Assembly (NCBI GenBank): GCA_002269645.1
Contig: NIVC01000118.1
Location: 186,001 to 250,000, forward strand
Length of the DNA: 64,000 nt
Reading direction: 5' to 3'
Source of the DNA: Macrostomum lignano
Lineage: Eukaryota
The position numbers and the translations under genes are program-made. The notes beneath the pieces were generated by a model, which saw only the letters and a list, made by a program, of their open reading frames with translations, made no database searches and was not told the DNA's origin. Position 1 is the first letter of the stretch. Every line of letters starts with the position of its first letter. Of this stretch, positions 13,755 to 46,039 are shown in pieces.

Positions 13755-14725
13755 AGCTCCAGACACCTGTCCTCATCCGCCTCAGACACCTGTCCATACC
13801 CTCCTTAGACAGCTGTCTATACCCTCCTTAGACAGCTGTCTATACCCTCTTCAGACACATGTCTGTACCCTCTTCAGACACATGTCTATACCCTCCTCAG
13901 ACACCTGTCTATACCCTCTTCAGACACCTGTTTATACCCTCTTCAGACACCTGTTTATACCCTCTTCACACACCTGTCTATACCCTCTTCAGCCCTCTTC
14001 AGACAGCCCTCTTCAGTCTATACCCTCTTCAGCCCTCTTTAGACACCTGTCTATACCCTCTTCAGACACCTGTCCATACCCTCTTCAGACACCTGTCTCT
14101 ACCTTCTTCAAACACCTGTCTATGTACTCTCTTCAGACACGTCTAAACCCTCATCAGACACCTGTCTATACCCTCTTCAGACACCTGTCTATATACCGTC
14201 TTCAGATACCTGTCCATACCCTCTTCAGACACCTGTCTCTACCCTCTTCAGACACCTGTCCTCATCCGCTTCAGACACCTGTCTATACCCTCTTCAAACA
14301 CCTGTCCTCATCCGCTTCAGACACCTGTCTATACCCTCTTCAAACACCTGTCTATACCCTCTTCAGACACCTGTCTATACCCTCTTCAGCCCTCTTCAGA
14401 CAGCCCTCTTCAGTCTATACCCTCTTCAGCCCTCTTCAGACACCATTCTATACCCTCTTCAGACACCTGTCTATACCCTCCTCAGACACCTGTCCTCATC
14501 CGCCTCTGACACCTGTCTACCCTCATTAGGCACCTGTCTCTACCCTCATTAGTGGACTGTCTGAAGCCTCATTAGACACCTGTCTCTACCCTAGTCAGAA
14601 ACCTGTCTCTACCATAATTAAACAGCTATCTCTACCCTTATTAGACACCTGTCTCTACCCTCATTAGAAACAGCTCTAGCCTCATTAAACACCCGTCTCT
14701 ATCCTCATTGAACACTTGTCTCAAC
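13755..14725. repeat. ~23-bp degenerate minisatellite (TCAGACACCTGTCTATACCCTCT)
   Basis: Tandem copies between the convergent 3' ends of SGPP and ODF3. Confidence 0.9.
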
Positions 14726-15338
14726 CGTCTACACCACTTTTCTGCCATTACAATGTGGTAGATCTATTTAATGTAGTATTAAATTATAAAACGGTAAAGC
14801 TCAGCCGGATTTACATTCGGCCCAATTGTTATAAAAAATTCTGCCAGAATTCTTGTTATATAAAAATAGAATTCAAAAATCCCGAAAGCTCTGCAGCTCG
14901 CGTACATTTTTATTTTTAAAAATGGAAAAAATGAGTAGCATTCTTCTATTAATAAAATGTTACTGTAATAATACGACTACAAAAATTCGCATTACATTAT
15001 ACTCGCTTACATAATTAATGTACTACAGTACCAGTGTAAACTTATCGCTTTGTAGAATTCACTGCACATTCAGATTCTAAATTGTAAATTTAAAAAAAAC
15101 TTCCGAACAGGAAACTAGATTAGAATTTTCAGAGACGATAAATAAGGTACTTCAATTTTTTCTACTGAATTAAAAAGCGCGTTACAAAATTTGTTATATT
15201 CATTACAAGCGCGCAAAACATACGAGTACATTATAACTATTTTCAACACGTGCGCTTAAATTAGGTTCGTATTCTGCGTCATGCTACTGTTAGTAGAGAA
15301 AAAGTAGCAGCAGCACTTTGTCAACAATATTTTATATG

Positions 15339-17104
15339 TTACTCCATATCGGCGTCGGTGATGAATTCGCCTTTGTACTGCGAATGGCGAATGCCGAAGC
15401 TGAACGCTGGGGCCGCCCGTTTCATGCGGTAGAAATTCTGCAGGTTTTAAAGGTCGATAAGTACTATTAAATACTATCGCCGATATGTTGTGTAAAACGT
15501 TTTTGTTAGTCTAATACATGTACCTTTTTCCAAAATTCTGAACTGCAATTGCAGTTGCATATATAATTGTTAAATTTTTAAGTTTGAGAAATGAACTCAC
15601 AGTCTCTGGCGAGTGAGCGCCAGGACCCGGTTTTGTGGTGCTGTCACCCGGCATCGAGTTCCTGCTGGTCAGGCTGTAAGCCGGCGGGTTGTGCCTGTAC
15701 CGGCCCGCCGGTACCACGCTGTAGGCGCCTGGACCCGGGGTCTGCAGAGGTCGGTTTTGGGTGGCAGCTTTGGTATACATGTAGGTGATCGCTGCTGTAC
15801 ATGTATGTGTGATATTCCTTCAGTTCTCCTACATGTACTTCAGGTACATGCACTTTAATCAGTTGACCCCTCTCAGATCCCTCAGTTGACCCCCCTCTCA
15901 GATCCCTCTGCAGTTGACCCCTCTCAGATCCCTCAGTTGACCCCCCTCTCAGATCCCTCTGCAGTTGACCCCTCTCAGATCCCTCAGTTGACCCCCCTCT
16001 CAGATCCCTCTGCAGTTGACCCCTCTCAGATCCCTCAGTTGACCCCCTCTCAGATCCCTCCTTTGAACCCCTGTCAGATCCTCACCTTCTGCAGGTCCTC
16101 ATGGAAGCCGCCGACCTTGGAGCGGCCGACCAATGTGTAGCTGGGGGCGGCTTTTTTCTCGCTACGCAAAGTCTTGCCCAGCATGGGGTCCGGCGTGTAC
16201 GCGTTGGGACCTGCGGTGGAGTGCAAAGTCCGCTGCGTTTTGGGGAATTCTGTATTCTTTTCGCATTAATTCAAAAAAACAAATAGAAAAATTGAGAGCC
16301 CCGACACAGAGAAATAAAACCCTGAGAATCCCAACCCTGAGAATCCCAACCCTGAAAATCCCAAATCCTGAAAATCCCAACACGGAGAATCCCAACCCTG
16401 AGAATCCCAACCCTGATAATCCCAACTCTGAGAATCCCAACACGGAGAATCCCAACCCTGAGAATCCCAACCCTGATAATCCCAACTCTGAGAATCCCAA
16501 CCCTGATAATCCCAACTCTGAGAATCCCAAAATCGAGAATCCCAAAGTCGAGAATCCCAAAATCGAGAATCCCAAAATCGAGAATCCCAAAATCAATCGA
16601 GAATCCTAAAATCGAGAATCCCAACCCTTAGAATCTCAACAAGTAACGAAGCAGAACCCACAGATTTCGTACTGCCGCAGTCGAGGGCCCGCAATGCCTC
16701 ATTCCCTTACCCGGTGTATTGTCAGTCCTGAACTGATGATGCCTCAGGCCGAAGCTGTAGGCCGGTGCCCTTGAGTACACCTCCTTGTTGGTGCTCTCAG
16801 GCTTGTAGGCGCCGGGGCCTGGGGCCGAGAACAGGGTGCCATCCTTCGGCCTGCCGTACAGCGAATAATGCGGAGAACCATCTTTGCCGTCTCTGTAGGT
16901 CAGCGGCAGGTAGCAAGGTCCCGGGCTCGACTCGTCCTTGAATTTGCCGTGTCTCAGGCCGAAAGGATAGGCCGGGCCGCGGTTGTGCACGGAGCGAGGG
17001 TCGTGATGCGGCTGGCCAACCAGGCTGGGCAGCATGTACTTTGGCCCCGGGCTGCTGTACATGGCGGCGATGGGGCCTCTGGGTTTTGTGTAGTTGTACA
17101 CCAT
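15339..17104 (-). CDS. ODF3: Outer dense fiber protein 3-like (ODF3/CIMAP1, SHIPPO/PGP-repeat ciliary microtubule-associated protein), 4 exons, 252 aa
   Basis: complement join(17104..16711,16210..16086,15741..15601,15437..15339); GT-AG junctions in phases 1,0,0. The N-terminus is MVYNYTKPRGPIAAMYSSPGPKY, with repeated (S/T)PGP(G)xY units, FHEDLQK|TPGP, and a C-terminal AFSFGIRHSQY. Confidence 0.93.
15858..16085. repeat. ~25-bp minisatellite (TCAGTTGACCCCCCTCTCAGATCCC), ODF3 intron 2
   Basis: Tandem copies; the reverse complement of the unit occurs at 20675-20790. Confidence 0.9.
16318..16628. repeat. 15-bp minisatellite (GAGAATCCCAACCCT), ODF3 intron 1
   Basis: Tandem copies; they generate the spurious NPENP ORF. 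Confidence 0.9.
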
Positions 17105-19244
17105 TGTCGAGTGTCTAGCTAAGTGTCAAGCTCATGCAAAGAAATTAAATTCAAATTTTTAATTCTGTTGTCATACTTGAAATTCATATTTTGGTTGTCC
17201 TTATAGCAAAAGACTAAAAAAGTTAAATAAGGGCAAAAAGCAAAAATTACTTTTCTATTTTATAAATAACCAGTCATATTTCTCTCAAAATTCACCTTAA
17301 GTTGAAACAATTTCTCAAAGCCACTAGTCAATAAACATAACCAGACTTTATATTGTAGAATAATCCTAAATGACAAAAAATATATCTAGCTTTTTTTCTT
17401 TTTTTCCCAAAGCTTGTACTGCTTGTAATAAAAATCTAATTTTATGGCCTCTGTGGTGTAATATGATGTGATAATATACTAAAATACTAAATAAAAACGC
17501 AAAATAAAGATACATAAGCTAAGTATTACACATGACAAATGCTATGGACAAATTAACAAGATTACTTGTTGAGATTAAACCTAAAGTTGAGCTTATAGGC
17601 CTACTTAACTTAACTTAAACTTATTTTTAAATCTAGCTTTTAAAATTGAAAGTAAAAAATGTTGCTTCGGCTCGGCGCGACATACTCGCAAATCGAATCT
17701 ATCGAGTGTCTTTACCGATATTGTGAAAAATTAACTCAAGTAGGTATAAATAGATACTTCGAAGCTAAAATAAGTGAAAACTTTAGCCGGTTGTCAAAAC
17801 GGCAAAAAATAATAGTGTTGTGTAGACAAATAGAATAGTGTCACCTGACGCTTGACATATTTATCCAGAAAGAAAATTCCAGAAAATAATCCAGTTTTCC
17901 AGTTAAGAAAATTCTGGAAAAGAAGTTGAACAGCGTTGTCATCGAAACAGAAAGTTCATACTATACGCTCAATCACGAGTTTCAATTGTATCAATTTCTA
18001 TAAAATTTTGTCATTTTGCCACTTTCGAACTTCAAATTTTTTTTTAGAAACAATCCCTTAATTCTACAATATTAATTTGTTATACCCAAACATTCAATTG
18101 CGTAAATTTAAGAAATGTAATTTTTTCATTAACAACTAGAGATCGTGCATGTGCGTGCAAAAGCTAAAAATTCGCCACAACGCCACTCATGCCACTGTTT
18201 CGTGGCTATCAGCTTCGAAGAAATGAAATATATTAAGTTGTAAATGTATACGAGCGTATATGTATTAGGCTTGTATGAGAGCTTGTGAGTATAGGCTAAT
18301 TAAATATTTAATTATATTTACAACTGCATGTAATTCTGTTCGAGTAATTTCGAGAAAACAAAGTTGTCCTTGTCCCCGTCACATCAATCACAGACATGAC
18401 AGTTTTGGGTACCTGAGATCAGAACTCCGCCCGAAATTGCATCCACTTGACGTCACTTCACTTGACGCCACTTATTGTGACTTTTTCGCGTGTAGATAAA
18501 GATGCAAATTAAAGTTGTTTTCGTCAGCAAAATATCAGTACAGGAAATTATTTCAGTATAATTTTGCATTTTTACGTAAAAGCCGATTTTTTCAAACTTC
18601 TCTACTTTAAGTACAGCGTTAACGGATATAAAAATACACTTTTTAGACATTTTCCGACAAGCACGAATGGCTGCGACTGCCTCACTTGTCAGCCAATGGC
18701 AGAACACAGTCCCCCAAAATATGGGAGAGGCTGCAGGGCTTCATGACGCATATTATGCACCTTATAGAAGGTGGCGGCACAGCCAACCAATAATTGCAGC
18801 CCCGGCGTGAGCGCACTGCGCGGTTACCGACTAGCGTCCCGTCCCAAACGATAAGATAAGAATTTACTCTATTTTATAGCTAATAAAAGAGAGCCCCAAG
18901 CCAGGTCAGAAAACGACAGACAGACAGCCAAAGGGAGACGGAAATCAGAACAGCGATCAATTGCCTTGCTGCCCGACTGCATTAGACACGCGGAAGCACA
19001 ACCAAGCGTAAAGAGTCATTATGCATTATTCATAATAGGCCTGTTCGAAGCCTGCCTATCCGCTGTTTGGTATTTATGCACTTGTGCAGCAGAAATGTCT
19101 GATTAATTATAATTTATACCTTCGCGCGGCAACCGGTAACTTCAAGCAGCTATTAGGCCACTGCAGACAGAAAGTTATAGCTACCATTGCTTTTGCAAAG
19201 CAGAGCGGAGCAATCGGGGAATTTCGCCTCAGAATACCTGCAGG

Positions 19245-40110
<20,866 letters not shown>

Positions 40111-40267
40111 TTGATTTCTGTTGGAGCAAAAGCGCCTTGTTTATATATGAATACATTTATGTAGTGTACTACTTAGCACTAGTAGAAATGAGAGAGACTA
40201 AACACTTTTTATGTGGCCAGTCTAATAATCTTGTTATAAATGACCGCGTCTCTCTACCGAGTGTCTT

Positions 40268-40475
40268 AATGTACACTGATCTTGGATAGCCAATTAAGTC
40301 TCTCTACCCCTGTCCCCAATGTACACTGATCTTGGATAGCCAATTAAGTCTCTCTACCCCTGTCCCCAATGTACACTGATCTTGGATAGTCAACTAAGTC
40401 TTTCTACCCCTGTCCCCAATGTACACTGATCTTGTATGGCCATGGCTCTCTAGTACCCCTGTGCCCAATGTTCAC
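40268..40475. repeat. 50-bp tandem repeat, ~4 copies
   Basis: AATGTACACTGATCTT... starts at 40268, 40318, 40368 and 40418. Confidence 0.9.
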
Positions 40476-40964
40476 AGACATTGATCGCCTGCCCCCTTGC
40501 CGAAAATCAGCGCTTTTCATTGAGCCACAAATAGTTCAATAGTGCTACAAGTAGCTGTATTGGCATTTATATATTCTACGATCTATGGGACCAGTTCTAT
40601 ATGAAAACAAATATGAACAATTCTACCATGCATGTAATTGCCTACCTGTAAGTAACTACCCTTAACTCTACAGCCAACTTTTACTAATATAATGTTAGTT
40701 CCGGGTGTTATTTCTATACACATGATCAATCCGTTATCAAACGTATTGTACTGAACTGTCAGTCTTTCATGTATAGAGTGAAATAAACGCGACTAATCTA
40801 TATTGAAATAGATTTTGTAATTGTCATTCGATTTCCTGTAGCACATTGACTTATCGTCTATATGCATTCCGCATAGTTCATAGTGTTCTTATTTTTACTT
40901 CAAGGTACGCTGGTATAGGCATACTTAATATCACGTAAAAGATAGTTTAAAATCGCGGGTTGGT

Positions 40965-41354
40965 CATGGATGAATGAATAGAATGGATTGCTATTCTGGC
41001 TCTGGCTATTTTCGTTTTTGACTCTTTTGCATCCGGTTCCCCCCCGTGCCTTTTCATTGGTTGATGATTGCCATAGACAATTTTCGGCCTTCGCCCCTTT
41101 CTTTCGATGCACAAGCGCTTTCGCTCGTGTTTTGAAATAAAGGGGGAAGACCTACGAGCGCTCGATATTCTCTGCAAGTAACTGACATTCTCAGTTCTTT
41201 TCGCTTGTGCATCGAAAGAAAGGGGCGAAGGCCGAAAACTGTCTATGGCAATCATCAACCAATGAAAAGGCACGGGGGGGAACCGGATGCAAAAGAGTCA
41301 AAAACGAAAACAGCCAGAGCCAGAACAGCAATCCATTCTATTCATTCATCCATG
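40965..41354. mobile_element. 390-bp MITE with 153-bp terminal inverted repeats and an 8-bp target-site duplication (hAT-type)
   Basis: 40965-41117 is a near-perfect reverse complement of 41202-41354, with ends CATGGATGAATGAA. GGGTTGGT flanks both sides (40957-40964 and 41355-41362). An 8-bp TSD is typical of hAT and also of P elements. Confidence 0.9.
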
Positions 41355-41568
41355 GGGTTGGTAGACAAAAAAACCCAGTTTATATACTTCGAAGTAATTA
41401 ATCGATTATGAAAGCAATGCAAAGTGTCTATGGTCCAACGTTATGCACGTACCTATTTGTGTTTCATCAATTCGATTAATACAGAAGTACTAGCTATATT
41501 TATATATTTGATTCATCAGGTTGTTTGCTTTGCAATTATTGACTGATATTACATTTTCGTTATTAAAA

Positions 41569-41787
41569 ATGGCACCTCTTAACAATACCGAACTGGCCCT
41601 GCTTTGGTACACCTTTGTATGCATCGCTGTTGCCTGCGCAATGGCAGCCATGAGCCACCTGCACGCAGTCTTAGGCGTCACTCACTCCTGGATTTGCCCC
41701 GTCAGCCTGGCGGCCGCTGAAACCGAGCTGGTGCGAAAGCTGCGAATTTCGCACAAAAAAACTACGGCAAAGTACAATCGACGTTGA
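41569..41787 (+). CDS. Candidate 72-aa single-pass membrane microprotein of unknown function
   Basis: GC-rich island with AAAAATGG start context: MAPLNNTELALLWYTFVCIAVACAMAAM...VRKLRISHKKTTAKYNRR*. No homolog was recognized. Confidence 0.3.
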   Translation: MAPLNNTELALLWYTFVCIAVACAMAAMSHLHAVLGVTHSWICPVSLAAAETELVRKLRISHKKTTAKYNRR

Positions 41788-41854
41788 TCAAAGGCAGCAA
41801 TTTAATTGGCGCAGTCGGCTGAGATGAATGGTGGCAATTATTAAACAATCGGCA

Positions 41855-42780
41855 AAAATCAAAGGCTAAAATTATCTGATAATCGGCAGAGATCAAAGGC
41901 GGCAATTATCTGACAATCGGCAGAAATCAAAGGCGGAAATTATCTGACAATCGGCAGAGATCAAAGGCGGCAATTATCTGACAATCGGCAGAGATCTAAG
42001 GCGGCAATTATCTGACAATCGGCAGAGATCAAAGGCGGCAATTATCTGACAATCGGCAGAGATCAAAGGCGGCAATTATCTGACAATCGGCAGAGATCAA
42101 AGGCGGCAATTATCTGACAATCGGCAGAGATCAAAGGCGGCAATTATCTGACAATCGGCAGAGATCAAAGGCGGCAATTATCTGACAATCGGCAGAGATC
42201 AAAGGCGGCAATTATCTGACAATCGGCAGAGATCAATGGCGGCAGTTATCTGATAGTCGGCAAAGATCAAAGGCGGCAATTATCTGACAATCGGCAGAGA
42301 TCAAAGGCGGCAATTATCTGACAATCGGCAGAGATCAAAGGCGGCAATTATCTGACAATCGGCAGAGATCAAAGGCGGCAATTATCTGACAATCGGCAGA
42401 GATCAATGGCGGCAGTTATCTGATAGTCGGCAAAGATCAAAGGCGGCAATTATCTGACAATCGGCAGAGATCAAAGGCGGCAATTATCTGACAATCGGCA
42501 GAGATCAAAGGCGGCAATTATCTGACAATCGGCAGAGATCAAAGGCGGCAATTATCTGACAATCGGCAGAGATCAAAGGCGGCAATTATCTGACAATCGG
42601 CAGAGATCAAAGGCGGCAATTATCTGACAATCGGCAGAGATCAATAGCGGCAGTTATCTGATAGATAGTCGGCAAAGATCAAAGGCGGCAATTATCAGAC
42701 AATCGGCAGAGATCTAAGGCGGCAATTATCTAATAGTCGGCAGAGATCAAAGGCGGCAATTAACTGATAATCGGCAGACA
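41855..42780. repeat. 34-bp minisatellite (AATCGGCAGAGATCAAAGGCGGCAATTATCTGAC)
   Basis: About 27 tandem copies. Confidence 0.95.
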
Positions 42781-43369
42781 TCAAAGTATGCATCAACTTG
42801 CACGATCATTAAAAGCATGTTTCCATCACAGGTATTTTTAACTTTTACCTTTAGAAAAGTCAAAATGATTATTTGATAAATTGAAATAAAAAATCTCAAT
42901 AAAAAGTCCAATTTGTTTGTTTGAACTGAGTGTTTGCATAAAATTCAAAACAGCAGAAAAAGCGAAGCATTCCAAGACTACTCATATTCCGCGACTCAAC
43001 TCTCATTAATTTTATTAAACAACAGAAACATAAAGCGGTTACAATTCACGAGCTCTCTACAATGTAAATTGCCTAGTTTACAAAGTATACTTAGCACGCT
43101 CACTAATTTTATAAATACATCAAGCAGTTTTACATTGCAAGTATTCGAGTTTAGTTACAGGTGATGACTTAATAGAATCAATGCATGCGACTGAACTGTC
43201 GGAGAGAAAATAATTGATACTGTTTCGATATGTTTTCCATGGCTGATAAGCATTAACAGTATTGAATTCTACCTGACAAAATAAGAAACTTGCAGTCAGA
43301 CAAAATAGACACGTATGTAGGCTTGAGAGTGCCTCGGCCTCAGTGTCGATGCATTAGTGCCTGTCTGCC

Positions 43370-43373
43370 TGCC

Positions 43374-43462
<89 letters not shown>

Positions 43463-43545
43463 GCCTGCCTGTCTGTCTGTCTGTCTGTCTGTATGTCGGT
43501 CTGTCTGTCTGTCGGTCGGTCTGTCTGCCCGTCCGTCTTAGTGTC
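43370..43545. repeat. (TGTC)n microsatellite
   Basis: Seen directly. Confidence 0.95.
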
Positions 43546-44534
43546 TGTGTGTCTGTCTGGCCGCCACTGTACACGCACACAGGATGCTTCAGCTGCTCAT
43601 AAAGCCAACACTCCAGCAAAAGAAGCAGCAAGTCAATAGTATCAAAAAGCAATATTAAACTGTCAATCGAACAGCAGTTAATTTTTCTTATTGTGATCAA
43701 ACATGGAAACGGTGCGGCGAATATTTGTAGCCGATGACTCACTCGCTCGGGCGGCCTCTGAAAAGCCAAACCAGAAAGTTTTGTAAAGCTCGGTTCTACG
43801 CAACACAGATACAGAATAGCTAGATGTCACTCGTCTACTCTTTTTCAGTAGAGAAAAGAGCGTTTATTGCTTAATATAGTAATAAAAATAAAAATCAATC
43901 AATTCTTCAAGTTTTGACGATTTTGGAGCTGCGACAATCGCTTTTGGATTTCTACAAGCAGGCTCTCTGATTGGCTGAGCTAGATTGGGCCTGCCTACCC
44001 CCCTTAGGCTGAGTTTTGTCTGTCTGACTTCGACCTCTCTCCTTACTGCTCTATCATTGGCTGAGCCAGATTGGGCCTGTCCCCCTTAGGCTGGGTTTCT
44101 TCCGCCTAACTTTGACCTCTCGTCTCCTTACTGCTCTCTTATTGGCTGAGCTGGATTTGGCCTGCCTGCCGCAAACCCCAAGGAATTGAAATTTCAGCTG
44201 GCACATTAAATTTAAGTGACACTGCGCAGACAAACTACTGAAAAAGTGTAGACGCTGTACTTTTTTGCCAACTTTAATTACGAGGGACAAAGCGAGTTAT
44301 TCCAGTATCTGTGGATTTTTATACTCATATTAACAATTTAGCCTGACAGGCAGCAGCAGAAATTACTTGCTGCAAAAACCCATTACTCATTTGAATTGAG
44401 CAACAAAATAAGAAAATAGTAATTTTCTGGTGTAAACTTTGTTGTACAAGTTGTTAAAAACAGGACAAAAATTCTTGTTTATAATCAAACTGTAAGAAAG
44501 TATACGTTAAACAGGGTAAGTGTTTCATTTATAA

Positions 44535-44758
44535 GACTGGGAAATGTCACCTGTTAGAGACCGGGAAATGTAACTTGTTACAGACTGGGAAATGTAACCT
44601 GTTACAGACTGGAAAATGTTACCTGTTGCAGACAGGGAAATTTGATCTGTTAGAGACTGGGAAATGTAACATGTTAGATGCTGGGAAATGTCACCTGATA
44701 GAGACTGGTATATGTCACCTGTTAGAGACTGGTATATGTCACCTGTTAGAGACTGGGC
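44535..44758. repeat. 24-bp degenerate minisatellite (ACTGGGAAATGTCACCTGTTAGAG)
   Basis: About 9 copies. Confidence 0.85.
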
Positions 44759-45119
44759 AATCCCTAGTTTTCCATAACAGAGCAGCTCGCAAATTGTTCT
44801 CCATCACCTGCTCACTAAAAGTCAACCAAGAATTACCAAGAAATGTACTTTAATGTTATAAAGTACATCTGAAACTATTTAACAAAATAAAAAACAACAA
44901 AATTTTGGTGAGCAACAGAAAAAGCAGCAAATGCTTTATGAAATTCCTAACAAAAATTTCTTCATTGCCTCTTTGATTGCTCAAAAAGCATGGCGGATCT
45001 GAATGCGAGAGCGCTATGGGCTCTGGTTCGGCCTGTAGTGATTAACACGGTTCATTCACAATGTAGTTCTGTGACAATATCATTAGGCCTTACATTGGAG
45101 TGACTACGGATCAGTGAAA

Positions 45120-45392
45120 ATATGATTCAGTCACAATATGATTCAGTCACAATATGATTCAGTCACAATATGATTCAGTCACACTATGATTCAGTCACAA
45201 TATGGTTCAGTCACAATATGATTAAGTCACAATATGATTCAGTCACAATATGATTCAGTCACAATATGATTCAGTCACAATATGGTTCAGTCACAATATG
45301 GTTCAGTCACAATATGGTTCAGTCACAATATGGTTCAGTCACAATATGATTCAGTCACAATATGGTTCAGTCACAATATGGTTCAGTCACAA
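45120..45392. repeat. 16-bp minisatellite (TATGATTCAGTCACAA)
   Basis: About 17 copies. Confidence 0.93.
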
Positions 45393-46039
45393 TAGGATTC
45401 ACAGACAATGTGATTCATTCATAATATTATGAGTCACGAGTCACTGAAAATAGAAAAAAATTGTCTACCATGTCACAGTTAGATTGAAAATTTTGATATC
45501 ATGCTCTATTGAACTACTTGCTGTATTCGAATTTGCGAGTAGCAAGTAGCGCATATTTTGTTAGAGAGTTAGAAAATGCATCATAAATGATTAGATAAGA
45601 TGAGAAAAAATTGTTTAAATGCTCTCTAGCCTTAATTAGTATGTGCGGCACAGCCCTGTGGCGTCAGACCAATCTATTTTTAGAAAGCTAATTTAAGAGC
45701 CGCAGTTTTAGTTAAGCAGTGACCTCTGGCAAGCCAACCAGGCTGTTTGGCAATGTTTATTACTAAATAATGAAATCAGTTTATAGTATAACGATTTTCA
45801 GTATAGTGGATTGTAGTTTTCCAATTTTTTTACCAAGAAAGCGCTGACAGAGTTGCTGTGGTGAACCGTCTGCGACTGAGCACTGTGAGCAGTGAATTAT
45901 CCAGATTTTACAGGATTATAGCACAGCTCAAACGTTGCAATGCAATTAAGGTAAAAAGTGCGAAATATAATCGAAAATAAAGACATCGAGAGACAGTGAC
46001 AGGAAAATTAATATGGAAGATGAAAGATATGAGAGATGA

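Noticed and set aside
16133-16609. ORF with NPENP repeats resembling Plasmodium circumsporozoite protein
   Set aside because: It is the translation of a 15-bp minisatellite inside ODF3 intron 1.
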